Assembly (NCBI GenBank): GCA_963758525.1
Contig: CAVWVQ010000004.1
Coordinates: forward strand, 64,001-128,000
DNA length: 64,000 nt
Reading direction: 5' to 3'
From: an uncultured Phycisphaerales bacterium
GTDB lineage: Bacteria > Planctomycetota > Phycisphaerae > Tepidisphaerales > Tepidisphaeraceae
The notes beneath the pieces are model-generated. The model did not search any database and had not been told where the DNA came from. It saw only the letters and a program-made list of their open reading frames with translations. Shown one piece after another: positions 30,542 to 41,379 of the stretch (position 1 is the first letter of the stretch; every line of letters starts with the position of its first letter). The position numbers were made by a program, and so were the translations under genes.

Positions 30542-31978
30542 GAGCGCGCGCATAGTTTGTAGGTAGAAAAATGGCCTTTCCTCGGTTTTGATGGGAGTTG
30601 CAAAAGACAACCATCTACCCAAGGAAGGGCCATATGAATCTTACCACTGCTGCGGAGAATGTGCTCGCGTTGCTGGTCGAAGAGTCGAAGAAGGGGCGAA
30701 GTTATCCAACGACATCAATGAGGTCGAACGGCTGGTTCGCAACGCCGTGCAGCGCATCGGCGCCAAGGCGATTGAAATTCAGTTGACGGGCAAATCCCTC
30801 GGATATGAAGGAAGCAGTCGGGGCTGCAGCACGCCGGGGTGTCAGCGCGATCAACGATTTGTCTCGTATCGTTCCCGCACGCTGGCGACGGTTTTGGGAC
30901 AAGTCACTTTCGAGCGGGCTTATTATCACTGCGAGGAATGCGGCTCTTCGTGCTGTCCTTACGACCAGCAAGTGGGCTTGGGATCAGGCCAACAGAGCGA
31001 AGAACTTGCCAAAGCTGCGACGCTGCTGGCCGCCATGGACCCGTTCGTCCCAGCAGCAAAAGTGCTGCATGCCCTGACCGGGCAGCGTCTGTCTGATCGC
31101 ACCGTGCATAGCGTGGCCCGACGAGTCGGCGCGGTGGCATCGGAGCAGGAACGTCAGATGGCGCTGCGCATGGCAGCATGGTCGGTGCCAATTGAAGCGA
31201 TCCAGGCGAAGCCGGCAAGGCTTTACGTGGCGGTGGATGGCGTATTCGTGCATCGCCAGGAGTGGAACGAGGCCAAATGCGTCACATGCTACTGGGAAGA
31301 ACCTGACGGTCACGGCGGCGTGCAACGCCTTGCCCGCTATGCGGTCCGGTTCGAGTCAGCCGATCAGTTCAAGTCTTTCGTCTGGTCGCTGGCGTGCCGC
31401 TGCGGTTTGGAGACGGCGACAGAGGTGATCCTTCTGGGAGACGGCGCGGCATGGATCTGGGACCATGTTCGAGGCATTCTCGGCGAGCAGGCGATCTGCA
31501 TCACCGACTGGTATCATGTCATGGAGCACGTCTGGGCGTGCGGCAAAGCGCTGTACGGCGAGAAGACGCCTGAAACGATTGCATGGGTCAAAGAGCGTGA
31601 AACGCTCCTGTGGGAAGGAGAGTATCGCTCGCTGCTTCAGTCGTTGGCCGTGCAGCGCCGCAAGACGCGATCATTGCCGAAACACCAGGCGCTGCGTGAC
31701 TTGGAAACCTATCTGGAAAATCAGGGCGGCCGCCTGGACTATGCTCGCTTTCGCGCCGCCGGCTACGACATTGGCTCGGGTCGAGTGGAATCAGCCTGCA
31801 ATCATGTCGTCAAGATACGGATGAAACGCAGCGGCATGATCTGGTCCGACGCGGGAGCCCAGGAAATATTAAGCCTGCGCACCGCACTTTTGAACGGCTG
31901 GTGGGACGCCCTGTGGGCAACTAAGCCCCTCGCTAGAAAGGTGGCGTAATTTTTCACCTACATTCACTGCGCGGGCTC
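30542..31978 (+). mobile_element. Insertion sequence, ISKra4/IS256-superfamily-like, 1437 bp
   Basis: IRL GAGCGCGCGCATAGTTTGTAGGTAGAAAAAT; IRR (reverse complement) GAGCCCGCGCAGTGAATGTAGGTGAAAAAT; 9-bp direct repeat TCTGTCAAC at 30533-30541 and 31979-31987. Confidence 0.9.
30634..31949 (+). CDS. ISKra4-family (UPF0236-like) DDE transposase, apparent frameshift at ~30695
   Basis: R.YYHC..C zinc motif, AVDG, LGDGAAWIW, DWYHV.EH, IGSGRVES. The N-terminus MNLTTAAENVLALLVEESKKG (ATG 30634, after AAGGAAGG) is in another frame. Confidence 0.88.
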
Positions 31979-32006
31979 TCTGTCAACCGTCTTTGGCACC
32001 CTCTCT

Positions 32007-32034
32007 TTGCAAAATCGCCCCATCCGCATACTAT
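32007..32034 (+). promoter_or_regulatory. Possible sigma70 promoter of tig
   Basis: TTGCAA-N16-TACTAT, ~60 nt before ATG 32093. Confidence 0.45.
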
Positions 32035-32092
32035 GCCCGGTTCGCGTCGCAAACGGATCCCGCGACGCATCTACTTTTTCTGAGAGGTTCTC

Positions 32093-33445
32093 ATGGCGGA
32101 AAACGAAGCGACGGCGGTGGCCGAGACGGAAGAGAAGTTCGACTACCCGGTGAAGATTGAAGACATCGGTCCCGGCGAGAAAAAAATCAGCGTGGAAATC
32201 CCCCGCGAGCAGATCGACAAGCATCTGGCCAAGCAGTTCAAGGATTTGCGCAAGCAGGCCGCGGTCCCCGGGTTCCGCGCGGGTCATGCGCCGCAGAAGC
32301 TCATCGAGAAGCGATTCAGCCATGACGTCAAAGAGCAGGTGCGGAGCCTGTTGATCAGCGAGAGCTATCAGCACGCCCTGGAAAAGAATTCGCTGCAGGT
32401 GATCGGAGAGCCGAAATTCGAGAATCCCGAGGCGATCAAATTGCCCGACGAAGGAGCGCTCAGCTATTCGTTTGAGGTTGAGGTTCAACCGGATTTCAAG
32501 TTGCCGGAGCTCAACGGCCTCAAGATCCGCAAACCGAAGATCACCATCGACGAGACCAACATCGATCAGGCGATGACCAACCTGCGCAGCCAGCAGGGAA
32601 CGCTGCTTCCCGTCGAGGACCGCGGGATCGAGACGGGCGATTACGTGCATGCCGATGTTCATGTGAAGGTCGACGGCAACATCATTAAGCATCAGCACGA
32701 TGCGCAGCTGGTGGTTCGTCCGGCTCGCGTCGCCGGGCTGCAGATTGATGATCTGGATTCGCAACTGGCGGGCCTCAAGCCCGGCGAAGCGCACACCATC
32801 ACCGTCAAGATCCCCGACGAATACCCTGAAGAATCGCTTCGCGGGAAAGACGCACAAATTGAAATTGCGCTCAAGGACATCAAAAAGATGGAACTGGCCG
32901 AGGTCAACGAGCAGTTCCTCTCCGATCTGGGATTCAGCAATGAAAAGGATCTGCGCGAAGCCCTCCGCGAGCAGATGGAACTGAAGCTGAAGGAAGACGT
33001 GCAGCGACTGATGCGCGATCAGGTCAGCAAATACCTGCTCGACAATGTCCACATCGATCTTCCGGCCAAGCTCTCCGATCGCCAGGCCGATCGCGTCGTC
33101 AGCCGCCGTTCCGTCGATCTGCTGACGCGCGGAATGGACCCCGCCGAGGTGGAAGCCAACGTTGAACGTCTGCGCGGACCGGCACGTGAGGACGCCGCCC
33201 GCGAGCTGAAGCTCTTCTTCATTCTCCAGAAGATCGCCAACGAGCAGAACGTCGAGGTCGACGAAGCGGAGCTGAACGGCCGCATCGCAATGATCGCCGC
33301 ACAGACCGACCGACGGCCGGAGAAGGTCAAACAGGAAATGACCAATGACGGATCGCTCACGAACCTTTACATCCAGATGCGCGAGCAGCGCGCCGTCGAC
33401 AAAATTCTCGAAAGCGCGCAGATCGAGGAAGTCGTCGGGGAGTGA
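32093..33445 (+). CDS. tig: Trigger factor
   Basis: VPGFRAGHAP ribosome-binding signature, FEVEVQP, FKBP-like middle domain; 450 aa. Confidence 0.95.
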   Translation: MAENEATAVAETEEKFDYPVKIEDIGPGEKKISVEIPREQIDKHLAKQFKDLRKQAAVPGFRAGHAPQKLIEKRFSHDVKEQVRSLLISESYQHALEKNSLQVIGEPKFENPEAIKLPDEGALSYSFEVEVQPDFKLPELNGLKIRKPKITIDETNIDQAMTNLRSQQGTLLPVEDRGIETGDYVHADVHVKVDGNIIKHQHDAQLVVRPARVAGLQIDDLDSQLAGLKPGEAHTITVKIPDEYPEESLRGKDAQIEIALKDIKKMELAEVNEQFLSDLGFSNEKDLREALREQMELKLKEDVQRLMRDQVSKYLLDNVHIDLPAKLSDRQADRVVSRRSVDLLTRGMDPAEVEANVERLRGPAREDAARELKLFFILQKIANEQNVEVDEAELNGRIAMIAAQTDRRPEKVKQEMTNDGSLTNLYIQMREQRAVDKILESAQIEEVVGE

Positions 33446-33552
33446 AATTCAGATCGTGTCTGCTTCTCTCAATCCTGATCGCTGCCTAAGATCGTCCGCG
33501 TTGAGCTCGGTGGTGGGCTGAGCGTCCTCGCGCAACGCGTCCGGGCGATCTG

Positions 33553-35247
33553 ATGATGTTCTCTGTGTACGGGACATGGCGGGCACGTATTGTGCAGCGA
33601 TTCGTCGCTGGCGCATTGGCATTGATCGCATCCGGTTGCATGGTCGGTCCGAACTATCACGCCCCTCCGGCGGCTACCCCGGTGCAATGGCGGGACCTCA
33701 CCAGCAGTCAGATCAAGGGTGTTCCCCCTGATCGCGACCAGTGGTGGACGGTATTCGGCGATCCGGTGCTCGATCGTCTCGTTCATCTGGCCTATGCGCA
33801 GAACCTGACGCTCCGCACCGCCGGACTTCGCGTCATCGAAGCAAGGGCTCAACTCGGGATTTCTGTCGGCGAATTTTTTCCACAGGTGCAGGAAGCCACC
33901 GGCGGCTACACCCATGGAGTCACCAGCGCCCACAGCTTCGGTTCCCTGGGGCGATTCTATTATGACGACTGGAGAATCGGCGGAGACGCGGCGTGGGAGC
34001 TCGACGTATGGGGGCGCTTTCGCCGCGGAATCGAATCGGATGACGCCAGCCTGTATGCCTCGGTCATGGATTATGACGACGCATTAACAACGCTCGTTTC
34101 AGACGTCGCCACTGCCTACGTCTCGCTGCGGTCCAATGAAGAGCAGTTGGCGTTGGCCCGCTCCAATGTTGCGATCGAGGAAAATTCCCTCAAGATCGCC
34201 AGCGCCCGCTTTCATGCCGGCGGCGTTTCCGCGCTGGATGTCGCACAGGCGAGCAGCGTCCTGGCCAACACCAACGCGTTGATCCCGCAACTGGAGCTGG
34301 GCCGCCGGCAGGCGGAGAACCGGCTCTGCACACTCATGGGGATGCCGGTTCACGACCTCAACGAGATCCTCGGTCCTCCGGGCGTTATTCCCGGCGCGCC
34401 CGCGGAAGTGGCGGTCGGCATTCCGGCCGACCTGCTGCGCCGCCGGCCGGATATCCGCGCGGCGGAGGCGCGGGCGGCCGCGCAATGCGCGCAGATCGGG
34501 GTGGCGACGTCCGATCTGCTTCCCCATTTCAGCTTGTCGGGATCGATCGGCTACGAAAGCTCGCGATTCAACAATCTGCTGAACAGTTCGAGCCTGGTCG
34601 GATCGGGCGGCCCCAGCGTGCGCTGGGACATCCTGAACTATGGGCGACTCATCAATAATGTGCGCGTCCAGGACGCCCGTTTCGAGGAACTCATTGCCAT
34701 GTATCAGCAGACGGTGCTCGCGGCGGGCGAGGAAGCCGACAATTCGATCGCGACTTTTATCAAATCCCAGGAAGCCATGAAATTCTTCGCGCAGAGCGTG
34801 ATCGCCACGCAGCAGGCCTTCGATCTTTCGCTGGCCCAGTATCGCGCGGGCGGCACGTCGTTCCTCAACGTGCTCAACGCCTCGGCGACCCTCGTGCAGG
34901 AGCAGGTGCAGCTTGTGCAAAGCCACGCGGCAGTTGCGAACGGTCTGATCTCCCTGGAGAGGGCGCTGGGAGGCGGATGGTCGCTGCGCCGCGGCAAGGA
35001 ATTCATCGACCGCGAAACCGCCTATCGCATGCAGCAACGGGATAATTGGGGCGACATCCTCAGTTCACATTACGACCACAGCGCCGACCTGATCGTCTTC
35101 CCGCATCCTGACACGGACAATCCGCCGGCATCATGGAACGCCAGCTCTCCCTCGAATGCTGGCGCAACGCCGACGTCGTCGAGCGCCCGACCCGTTCCGG
35201 GACCCACGGAAATGAACGGCGTTCCAGTGACCCAACCGTCGCAGTAG
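33553..35247 (+). CDS. RND efflux outer membrane lipoprotein (NodT/TolC family)
   Basis: Lipobox ASGCMVGPNY, WWTVFGDP.L..LV, WELDVWG, LLRRRPDIRAAE, ALGGGW. Confidence 0.92.
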   Translation: MMFSVYGTWRARIVQRFVAGALALIASGCMVGPNYHAPPAATPVQWRDLTSSQIKGVPPDRDQWWTVFGDPVLDRLVHLAYAQNLTLRTAGLRVIEARAQLGISVGEFFPQVQEATGGYTHGVTSAHSFGSLGRFYYDDWRIGGDAAWELDVWGRFRRGIESDDASLYASVMDYDDALTTLVSDVATAYVSLRSNEEQLALARSNVAIEENSLKIASARFHAGGVSALDVAQASSVLANTNALIPQLELGRRQAENRLCTLMGMPVHDLNEILGPPGVIPGAPAEVAVGIPADLLRRRPDIRAAEARAAAQCAQIGVATSDLLPHFSLSGSIGYESSRFNNLLNSSSLVGSGGPSVRWDILNYGRLINNVRVQDARFEELIAMYQQTVLAAGEEADNSIATFIKSQEAMKFFAQSVIATQQAFDLSLAQYRAGGTSFLNVLNASATLVQEQVQLVQSHAAVANGLISLERALGGGWSLRRGKEFIDRETAYRMQQRDNWGDILSSHYDHSADLIVFPHPDTDNPPASWNASSPSNAGATPTSSSARPVPGPTEMNGVPVTQPSQ

Positions 35248-35400
35248 ATTTTTGCGGGAGGCTCCGCACCCGGTCTCATTCGGCGGGCGGCGAGCCCCAC
35301 CACACGGTCGCGGCGGCTTGATTTGCCTCGGCCGATCGGCGCGCCCTACCATGCGTCGCGACACGTGGCGATCTCAGCCGTCTGGCCAGGGAAGTTGGCG

Positions 35401-36717
35401 ATGATACGAACGCTTCGCGGGAAAGTCGGTTCGGAGGCTGCTGTGGTCCGTCACCATTGCTTTGTTCTTGCAACGCTTTTGCTCGCGTTTGTCGCCCTCG
35501 CCGGATGCGAGCACAAACTGGCGGCGGCCAGCCCGCAGCCTTCCCCGGTTACGGTCAATCGTCCGCTGCAGCGTGAAGTCGTCGAGTGGGATGAATTCAC
35601 GGGGCATCTTGAAGCGGTGGAGTCTGTTGACGTGCGCGCCCGCGTCAGCGGAATGATGGTCGCCGCGCCATTTAAGGAAGGCTCCATCGTTCAAAAGGGC
35701 GCGCCGCTGTTCGTCATCGACAAGAGCCCGTTCCAGGCGGATTTCGACAGCAAACAAGCCGACATCATGAGGGCTCAGGCGCAGCTCGATCTGGCCAACG
35801 TGCAGCTTCAGAGGACCAACCAGGAATTGAAATCGAACGCGGTCTCCAAGGCCGACTACGACAACGCGGAGGCGTCGGTCAAGCAGGCGCAGGCCGTACT
35901 GGCGGGCGCGAAGGCCGCCGCGGAATCGTCGCTGTTGAATCTGCAATGGTGCGACGTTGTTGCCCCTATCACGGGGCGCGTGAGCAAGAAGATCGTGACT
36001 CCCGGGAATCTCATTAACGGCGGCTCCGGACAGACCACTCTGCTGACGACCATCGAGTCGGTCGATCCGATCTATTGCTACGTTGACGTGGATGAACGAT
36101 CGATCCTGAAGTACGTCCAGCTCGACCGCGAAAAGAAGCGGGTCAGCGCCCGCAATACGCCAATTCCCATCTACCTCGAGCTGGCCAACGAAACGGCATT
36201 CGCGCACCGCGGGCTCGTGGATTTCGTCGACAACCGCGTCGATCCCGGAACGGGAACAGAGCAGGCGCGCGGCGTGTTTCCCAATCCGGGCGGCTTCTTC
36301 ACTCCCGGTTTCTTCGCGCGGGTTCGAGTCGCGGGCTCCGGGAAATACATGGCGCTCCTGATCCCGGATTACGCCATTGGCACGGATCAGGATATCAAGT
36401 TTGTGCTGCTTGCCGGTCCCGACGGTGTCGTTCAGCGCCGGCAGGTGAAGCTCGGCGCGCTGTTCGGCGAGCTGCGCGCGATTTCGGAAGGGATTACCGC
36501 AGACGACCGTGTGATTGTTGACGGACTGGTGACCACTGTTCCCGGATCGACCGTGAAACCGGTGGAGAAGCCCGTGCCGGCGGACTTGTACCGTCCGATG
36601 GTTCCGGCCGCGGATGATGGCGGCGCCGCGACTCAGCCTGCGACGGCCCCCGCCGCCGCGACGGCCCCCGCGACGAGTGCGCCCGCGCAGCCGGCGCCGG
36701 AAGGCGCCAAACCGTGA
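35401..36717 (+). CDS. RND efflux periplasmic adaptor subunit
   Basis: EFTG.LEAVESVDVRARVSG, APITGRVS, FVDNRVDPGTGT. Start uncertain. Confidence 0.92.
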   Translation: MIRTLRGKVGSEAAVVRHHCFVLATLLLAFVALAGCEHKLAAASPQPSPVTVNRPLQREVVEWDEFTGHLEAVESVDVRARVSGMMVAAPFKEGSIVQKGAPLFVIDKSPFQADFDSKQADIMRAQAQLDLANVQLQRTNQELKSNAVSKADYDNAEASVKQAQAVLAGAKAAAESSLLNLQWCDVVAPITGRVSKKIVTPGNLINGGSGQTTLLTTIESVDPIYCYVDVDERSILKYVQLDREKKRVSARNTPIPIYLELANETAFAHRGLVDFVDNRVDPGTGTEQARGVFPNPGGFFTPGFFARVRVAGSGKYMALLIPDYAIGTDQDIKFVLLAGPDGVVQRRQVKLGALFGELRAISEGITADDRVIVDGLVTTVPGSTVKPVEKPVPADLYRPMVPAADDGGAATQPATAPAAATAPATSAPAQPAPEGAKP

Positions 36718-39700
36718 ACTTCTCGCATTTCTTCATCGATCGTCCGGTCTTTGCCGGCGTGATCTCCATCGTGACGATCATTGCCGGAGCGCTCTCGATT
36801 TATTCCCTGCCGATCGCGCAGTATCCGGAGATCGCGCCGCCCACGGTCGTTGTGACCGCGAGCTATCCCGGCGCAAACGCGAAGACGGTTGCCAATGTCG
36901 TTGCCACGCCGATCGAGGAGCAGATCAACGGCGTTGAAAACATGCTCTACATGTCGAGCCAGAGCACCAATGATGGGAACCTCCGTCTCACGGTCACCTT
37001 CAAGCTTGGAACGAATCTCGATATCGCCCAGGTGCAGGTGCAGAACCGCGTGTCCATCGCCGAGCCGCAATTGCCCCAGGAAGTGCGGCAGCTTGGAATC
37101 AACGTCAAGAAAAGCTCGCCGGACATCACGCTGGTTGTGATGCTGTATTCGCCGACCAAGCGGTACGACACGCTCTACATCAGCAATTACGCGACGCTCC
37201 AGGTTCGCGATGAACTGGCGCGGCTTCAGGGCGTCGGCGACAGCTTTCTCTTTGGCGTGCGCGATTATTCGATGCGGCTGTGGCTCAACCCCGAGCAACT
37301 GGCCTCGCGCAATATGACTGTCGGCGACGTGACCAACGCCATTCGCGAGCAAAATGTGCAGGTTGCCGCCGGCGTGATCGGGGCGCAGCCGCTGCCGCCT
37401 CACACCACAGCATTTCAACTGACCGTCAATGCGCAGGGGCGTCTGACCGATCCCGCGCAGTTCGCCGAGATCATCGTGAAGACCGGAGCCGACGGAAGCG
37501 TGACGCGTGTCAGGGACATCGCGCGCGTCGAACTCGGTGCCGCTGATTACAGCGTGAGCGCCTACCTCGACGGCGCGCCCGGCGTTGCGATACCGATCTT
37601 TCAACTGCCCGGGTCCAATTCGATTCAGACCGCCAATGCAATCTATTTGAAAATGGAGGAGCTGAAGAAAAAGTTTCCTCCCGGCCTCGAATACAAGATT
37701 CCGTACGACACCACACTCTTCGTCCGGGACAGCGTCCGCGACGTCGTGAAAACCCTGTTCGAAGCGATCCTGCTTGTTGTCCTGGTCGTGCTGGTCTTTC
37801 TGCAAAGCTGGCGGGCCACGATTATTCCGCTGCTGGCTATCCCTGTGTCGCTGATCGGCACCTGCGCGGTCATGTTCGTTGCGGGATTTTCGCTGAACAA
37901 TCTGTCGCTGTTCGGATTGGTCCTGGCGATCGGCATCGTCGTCGACGACGCGATCGTTGTCGTCGAAAACGTCGAGCGATGGATCGAGCGCGGCCTGGCG
38001 CCGCGCGACGCCGCTTTCAAGGCGATGGACGAGGTCACGCCGGCCGTCATCGCAATTGCGTTCGGGCTCACCGCGGTATTCGTGCCCGTTGCCTTCATCA
38101 GCGGGATCACCGGTCAGTTCTACCGGCAATTTGCCCTCACCATTTCTTTTGCGACCCTGCTCTCCGCGTTCAATTCCCTTTCACTGAGCCCGGCGCTGGC
38201 GACCATTCTCCTCAAACCGCGGGAGGCGAAGAAAGACTGGTTCACCCGTCTCATCGAGTTCACACTCGGCTGGTTCTTCAAACTGTTCAACAAGACTTTT
38301 GAAGTGGCTACCGCCGGCTACGTGCACCTGATCCGTCGCGTGATCCGGTTCAGCGCGATCGCATTGATCTGCTACGCGGGGTTGCTGTTTCTGACGTATT
38401 CCGGCTTCAAAACCGTCCCGTCGGGCTTCATCCCCGACCAGGACACCGGCTATCTCATCATGAACCTTCAGATGCCCGACGCGGCTGCGTTCGACAGAAC
38501 CGATCGCGTGATGCATCGATTGATCGATATCGCCAACAAAACGCCCGGTGTGCACGATACGTTTGGGATCACCGGCTATTCGGTCTTCACCGGCACGAAC
38601 CAATCCAGCGGCGGAACGATGTTCATCGTCATGGACAAATTCGAGAACCGCATCGGTCATCCCGAACTTTCGTCCAAGGCGATCATCGGCAAGCTGATGG
38701 CGCAATACTCCACGCTTCATGAAGGCCTTGCACTGGTCTTCCCTCCCCCGCCCGTGAGGGGCATCGGAACCGCCGGGGGATTCAAGCTGCAGATCGAAGA
38801 TCGCACCGGCTTAGGGACTCCGCATGATCTTCAGGAGGTCACCCGAAAGGTGATGGCCGCCGGAGCGAAAAATCCCAAGCTGGGCAGGATGTTTTCCACG
38901 TTCCGCGCCGACGTTCCGCAACTGTATGTCAACGTCGATCGCACCAAGGTGAAAAGCGAGAACGTGCAAGTCACCGATGTGTTCGACGCGCTGCAGGTTT
39001 ATCTCGGAAGCCTTTACATCAACGATTTCAATTTTCTCGGACGCACTTATAAGGTACTCGCCCAGGCGGACTCCCCTTATCGCGCCCGCCCGGAAGACAT
39101 TGCGCGGCTCAAAACACGCAACGCCTCGGGGCAGATGGTGCCGCTTGGCAGCGTGTTGTCCGTCAATGACACGGCGGCGCCCGATCGCATCAATCGCTAC
39201 GATTTGTATCCGTCGGCCGAGATCAACGGCGCCGCCGCCCCTGACGCCAGCAGTGGCGAAGCGCTGGACGCAATGGAGCAAATCGCCAATCAGACATTGC
39301 CGCACGGCTATGAATATGAATGGACGGAACTGTCGTTCCAGGAACGGCTGGCCGGGAATACCGCGTTGTTCGTTTTCCCCTTGTGCATTCTGTTCGTCTT
39401 TCTTACGCACTCGGCCGAGTACGAGAGCTTCGCGCTTTCGTCCGCAATCATTCTGATCGTCCCGATGTGTCTTCTCAGCGGCATCGGCGGGGTCTGGCTG
39501 CGTCATCTCGACAACAACATCTTCACACAGATTGGATTTGTCGTGCTTGCAGGCTTGAGCGCCAAAAATGCGGTGCTGATCGTCGAATTTGCCAAACAGC
39601 AGCAGGAGCGCGGCCGCACCGCAGCCGAGGCGGCGGTTGAATCCGCCCACCTGCGCCTCCGCCCGATCCTGATGACCAGCTTCGCGTTCATCCTCGGTGT

Positions 39701-39935
39701 GCTCCCGCTGGTCACCGCCGTTGGCGCAGGCAGCGAAATGCGTCAGGCCCTGGGCACCGCCGTCTTCTTCGGGATGCTGGGTGTCACCTTTTTCGGCCTT
39801 TTGCTCACGCCCGTTTTCTATACGGTGATCCGCAAGCTGAGCGGGAAAAACATGCTCCCGCCCGAAGAGATACATCCCGATCCCGCTGCGGACGTTACAA
39901 CGCCGGCTCCATCGTCGCCGGTGAAATTTCGCTGA
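36714..39935 (+). CDS. RND efflux permease, HAE1 family (MexF/AcrB-like)
   Basis: FFIDRPVFA, LPIAQYPEIAPP, GIVVDDAIVVVENVER, KNAVLIVEFA, RLRPILMTS. Confidence 0.95.
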   Translation: MNFSHFFIDRPVFAGVISIVTIIAGALSIYSLPIAQYPEIAPPTVVVTASYPGANAKTVANVVATPIEEQINGVENMLYMSSQSTNDGNLRLTVTFKLGTNLDIAQVQVQNRVSIAEPQLPQEVRQLGINVKKSSPDITLVVMLYSPTKRYDTLYISNYATLQVRDELARLQGVGDSFLFGVRDYSMRLWLNPEQLASRNMTVGDVTNAIREQNVQVAAGVIGAQPLPPHTTAFQLTVNAQGRLTDPAQFAEIIVKTGADGSVTRVRDIARVELGAADYSVSAYLDGAPGVAIPIFQLPGSNSIQTANAIYLKMEELKKKFPPGLEYKIPYDTTLFVRDSVRDVVKTLFEAILLVVLVVLVFLQSWRATIIPLLAIPVSLIGTCAVMFVAGFSLNNLSLFGLVLAIGIVVDDAIVVVENVERWIERGLAPRDAAFKAMDEVTPAVIAIAFGLTAVFVPVAFISGITGQFYRQFALTISFATLLSAFNSLSLSPALATILLKPREAKKDWFTRLIEFTLGWFFKLFNKTFEVATAGYVHLIRRVIRFSAIALICYAGLLFLTYSGFKTVPSGFIPDQDTGYLIMNLQMPDAAAFDRTDRVMHRLIDIANKTPGVHDTFGITGYSVFTGTNQSSGGTMFIVMDKFENRIGHPELSSKAIIGKLMAQYSTLHEGLALVFPPPPVRGIGTAGGFKLQIEDRTGLGTPHDLQEVTRKVMAAGAKNPKLGRMFSTFRADVPQLYVNVDRTKVKSENVQVTDVFDALQVYLGSLYINDFNFLGRTYKVLAQADSPYRARPEDIARLKTRNASGQMVPLGSVLSVNDTAAPDRINRYDLYPSAEINGAAAPDASSGEALDAMEQIANQTLPHGYEYEWTELSFQERLAGNTALFVFPLCILFVFLTHSAEYESFALSSAIILIVPMCLLSGIGGVWLRHLDNNIFTQIGFVVLAGLSAKNAVLIVEFAKQQQERGRTAAEAAVESAHLRLRPILMTSFAFILGVLPLVTAVGAGSEMRQALGTAVFFGMLGVTFFGLLLTPVFYTVIRKLSGKNMLPPEEIHPDPAADVTTPAPSSPVKFR

Positions 39936-41172
39936 GTGGATCGATCGCCGGTTCGCTGACGGCGCCAAGCCGCGCGATCAGCGGTGTGGCAAGCGACGCC
40001 GTCGCGACCATCACGCCCAGTGTCACAAACGGCGGCAAATACGTGCGCTGATACGCGGCAGCCGCGCCGAAGCGGTCGGTCCACCACCCCATCAGCCAGG
40101 GCGCCGTATTCGCGATGGTGCCCGCGATGCAAAGGAACAATCCATAGACGCGTCCGCGCAAGGCGGCCGGTATGCGCTCGAGAATTGCCGAGTCGCTGAT
40201 GGCGTAGCTTCCCATCTGCAGCGTCTGCGCGACGCATAACGCCGCGAAGACGCGATGTCCCGACCAGAGGGGCAGGATCGAGATCGCGCACCCCGCGCCG
40301 ATGACCGCGAGCGCGAGCGATCGCAGCCGGCGCCGCCCCACCGTGAGCCAGACCAGCAGCGGGTTCACCACGATGCTCAGAGCGGTCATCGACCCGAGTA
40401 CCAGTCCGGTGCGCTGTGTGTCCCGATGCAGCGCCTTCTGCAGATAAACGCTCGCCAGTGAAAGCAGCGCAACGCCGACAAAATCCCGCAGCCCCAGAAC
40501 CGCGGCAATCGTCATCACGTTCCACCGCAGTCGCGGCGACATCGGCGCGCACCGCGCCTCCGCGGGCTCGTCGTTCACGGCTTCGCGCACCGCGATGAGA
40601 AACAGAATCGCCACGACCACACCGGCAACTCCCATCTCCACGCACGGCCGTTGCCAGTTGCCAACATGACCCCAGTGCCATCGCGCGGTTTCGGCTCGCC
40701 ATCCCGCGTACTGCGGCCCGGCAAAAAATCCGATTCCGGAGCCGATCCCCAGCAACCCGATCGCCATGCCGGGGCTCCTGGGATAATGCGCGGGCACCAG
40801 CGCCCCCGCCGCCGGATGGTAAAGCGTTCCCGCCAATCCCCCGAGCACGGCGAGCATCAGCAACAGATCGTATCGCCGGGTAAGTCCGATGCCGATCGCG
40901 ACCACCGCGTTGATGAGCAGCCCGTATCCCAGCAAATACTTTCGGTTCACGAGATCCGCGAGCACGCCGGCCGGGTAGCTCCCAAGGCAGTAAACGATTC
41001 CATAGACCGCGACGACCAGCGATGCCGCGCTCACGCCCGCCAGGTGAAGGTCGGCCACCATCAACAGGTAGAGTGGAACGAGCATGCACGCATACGCGTG
41101 TGAAAAAGCATGGCATGCGGTGCAGCCAATCAGCGTGAACGGGGCGGCCAGGCTCGATTTCCGATCAGACAT
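39895..41172 (-). CDS. MFS transporter
   Basis: About 12 hydrophobic segments, G.LAD..NRK motif, YHPAA, LRGRVYG. Confidence 0.85.
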   Translation of the reverse strand: MSDRKSSLAAPFTLIGCTACHAFSHAYACMLVPLYLLMVADLHLAGVSAASLVVAVYGIVYCLGSYPAGVLADLVNRKYLLGYGLLINAVVAIGIGLTRRYDLLLMLAVLGGLAGTLYHPAAGALVPAHYPRSPGMAIGLLGIGSGIGFFAGPQYAGWRAETARWHWGHVGNWQRPCVEMGVAGVVVAILFLIAVREAVNDEPAEARCAPMSPRLRWNVMTIAAVLGLRDFVGVALLSLASVYLQKALHRDTQRTGLVLGSMTALSIVVNPLLVWLTVGRRRLRSLALAVIGAGCAISILPLWSGHRVFAALCVAQTLQMGSYAISDSAILERIPAALRGRVYGLFLCIAGTIANTAPWLMGWWTDRFGAAAAYQRTYLPPFVTLGVMVATASLATPLIARLGAVSEPAIDPLSEISPATMEPAL

Positions 41173-41379
41173 CGGCGAATTATAGCGAGAAGGGATGCTG
41201 ATGGATTTTTGTTCCCGGACGAGGAACAATGCTGGGCGACGGAAATCGCGGCAGCGGGCCAAACCATTGGGTCATCCCGGTTTCTTACCGGATGGAACGA
41301 ATGTTGGCTGCCTGTTTGAATGGCTTTGAAAATACCCGCGCCGGGCGGCGCAAGTCCTTTCGCCTGGAAATGGTGCCCC

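Noticed and set aside
29336..30622. 428-aa version of the DUF1559 ORF starting inside the IS
   Set aside because: The extension crosses the IS left end and intergenic DNA; the pilin-like motif lies near the N-terminus only with a start around 30313.
39895..39935. 41-bp 3' overlap of the convergent RND and MFS genes
   Set aside because: Short tail-to-tail overlaps are common in GC-rich genomes, and both tails look non-conserved.
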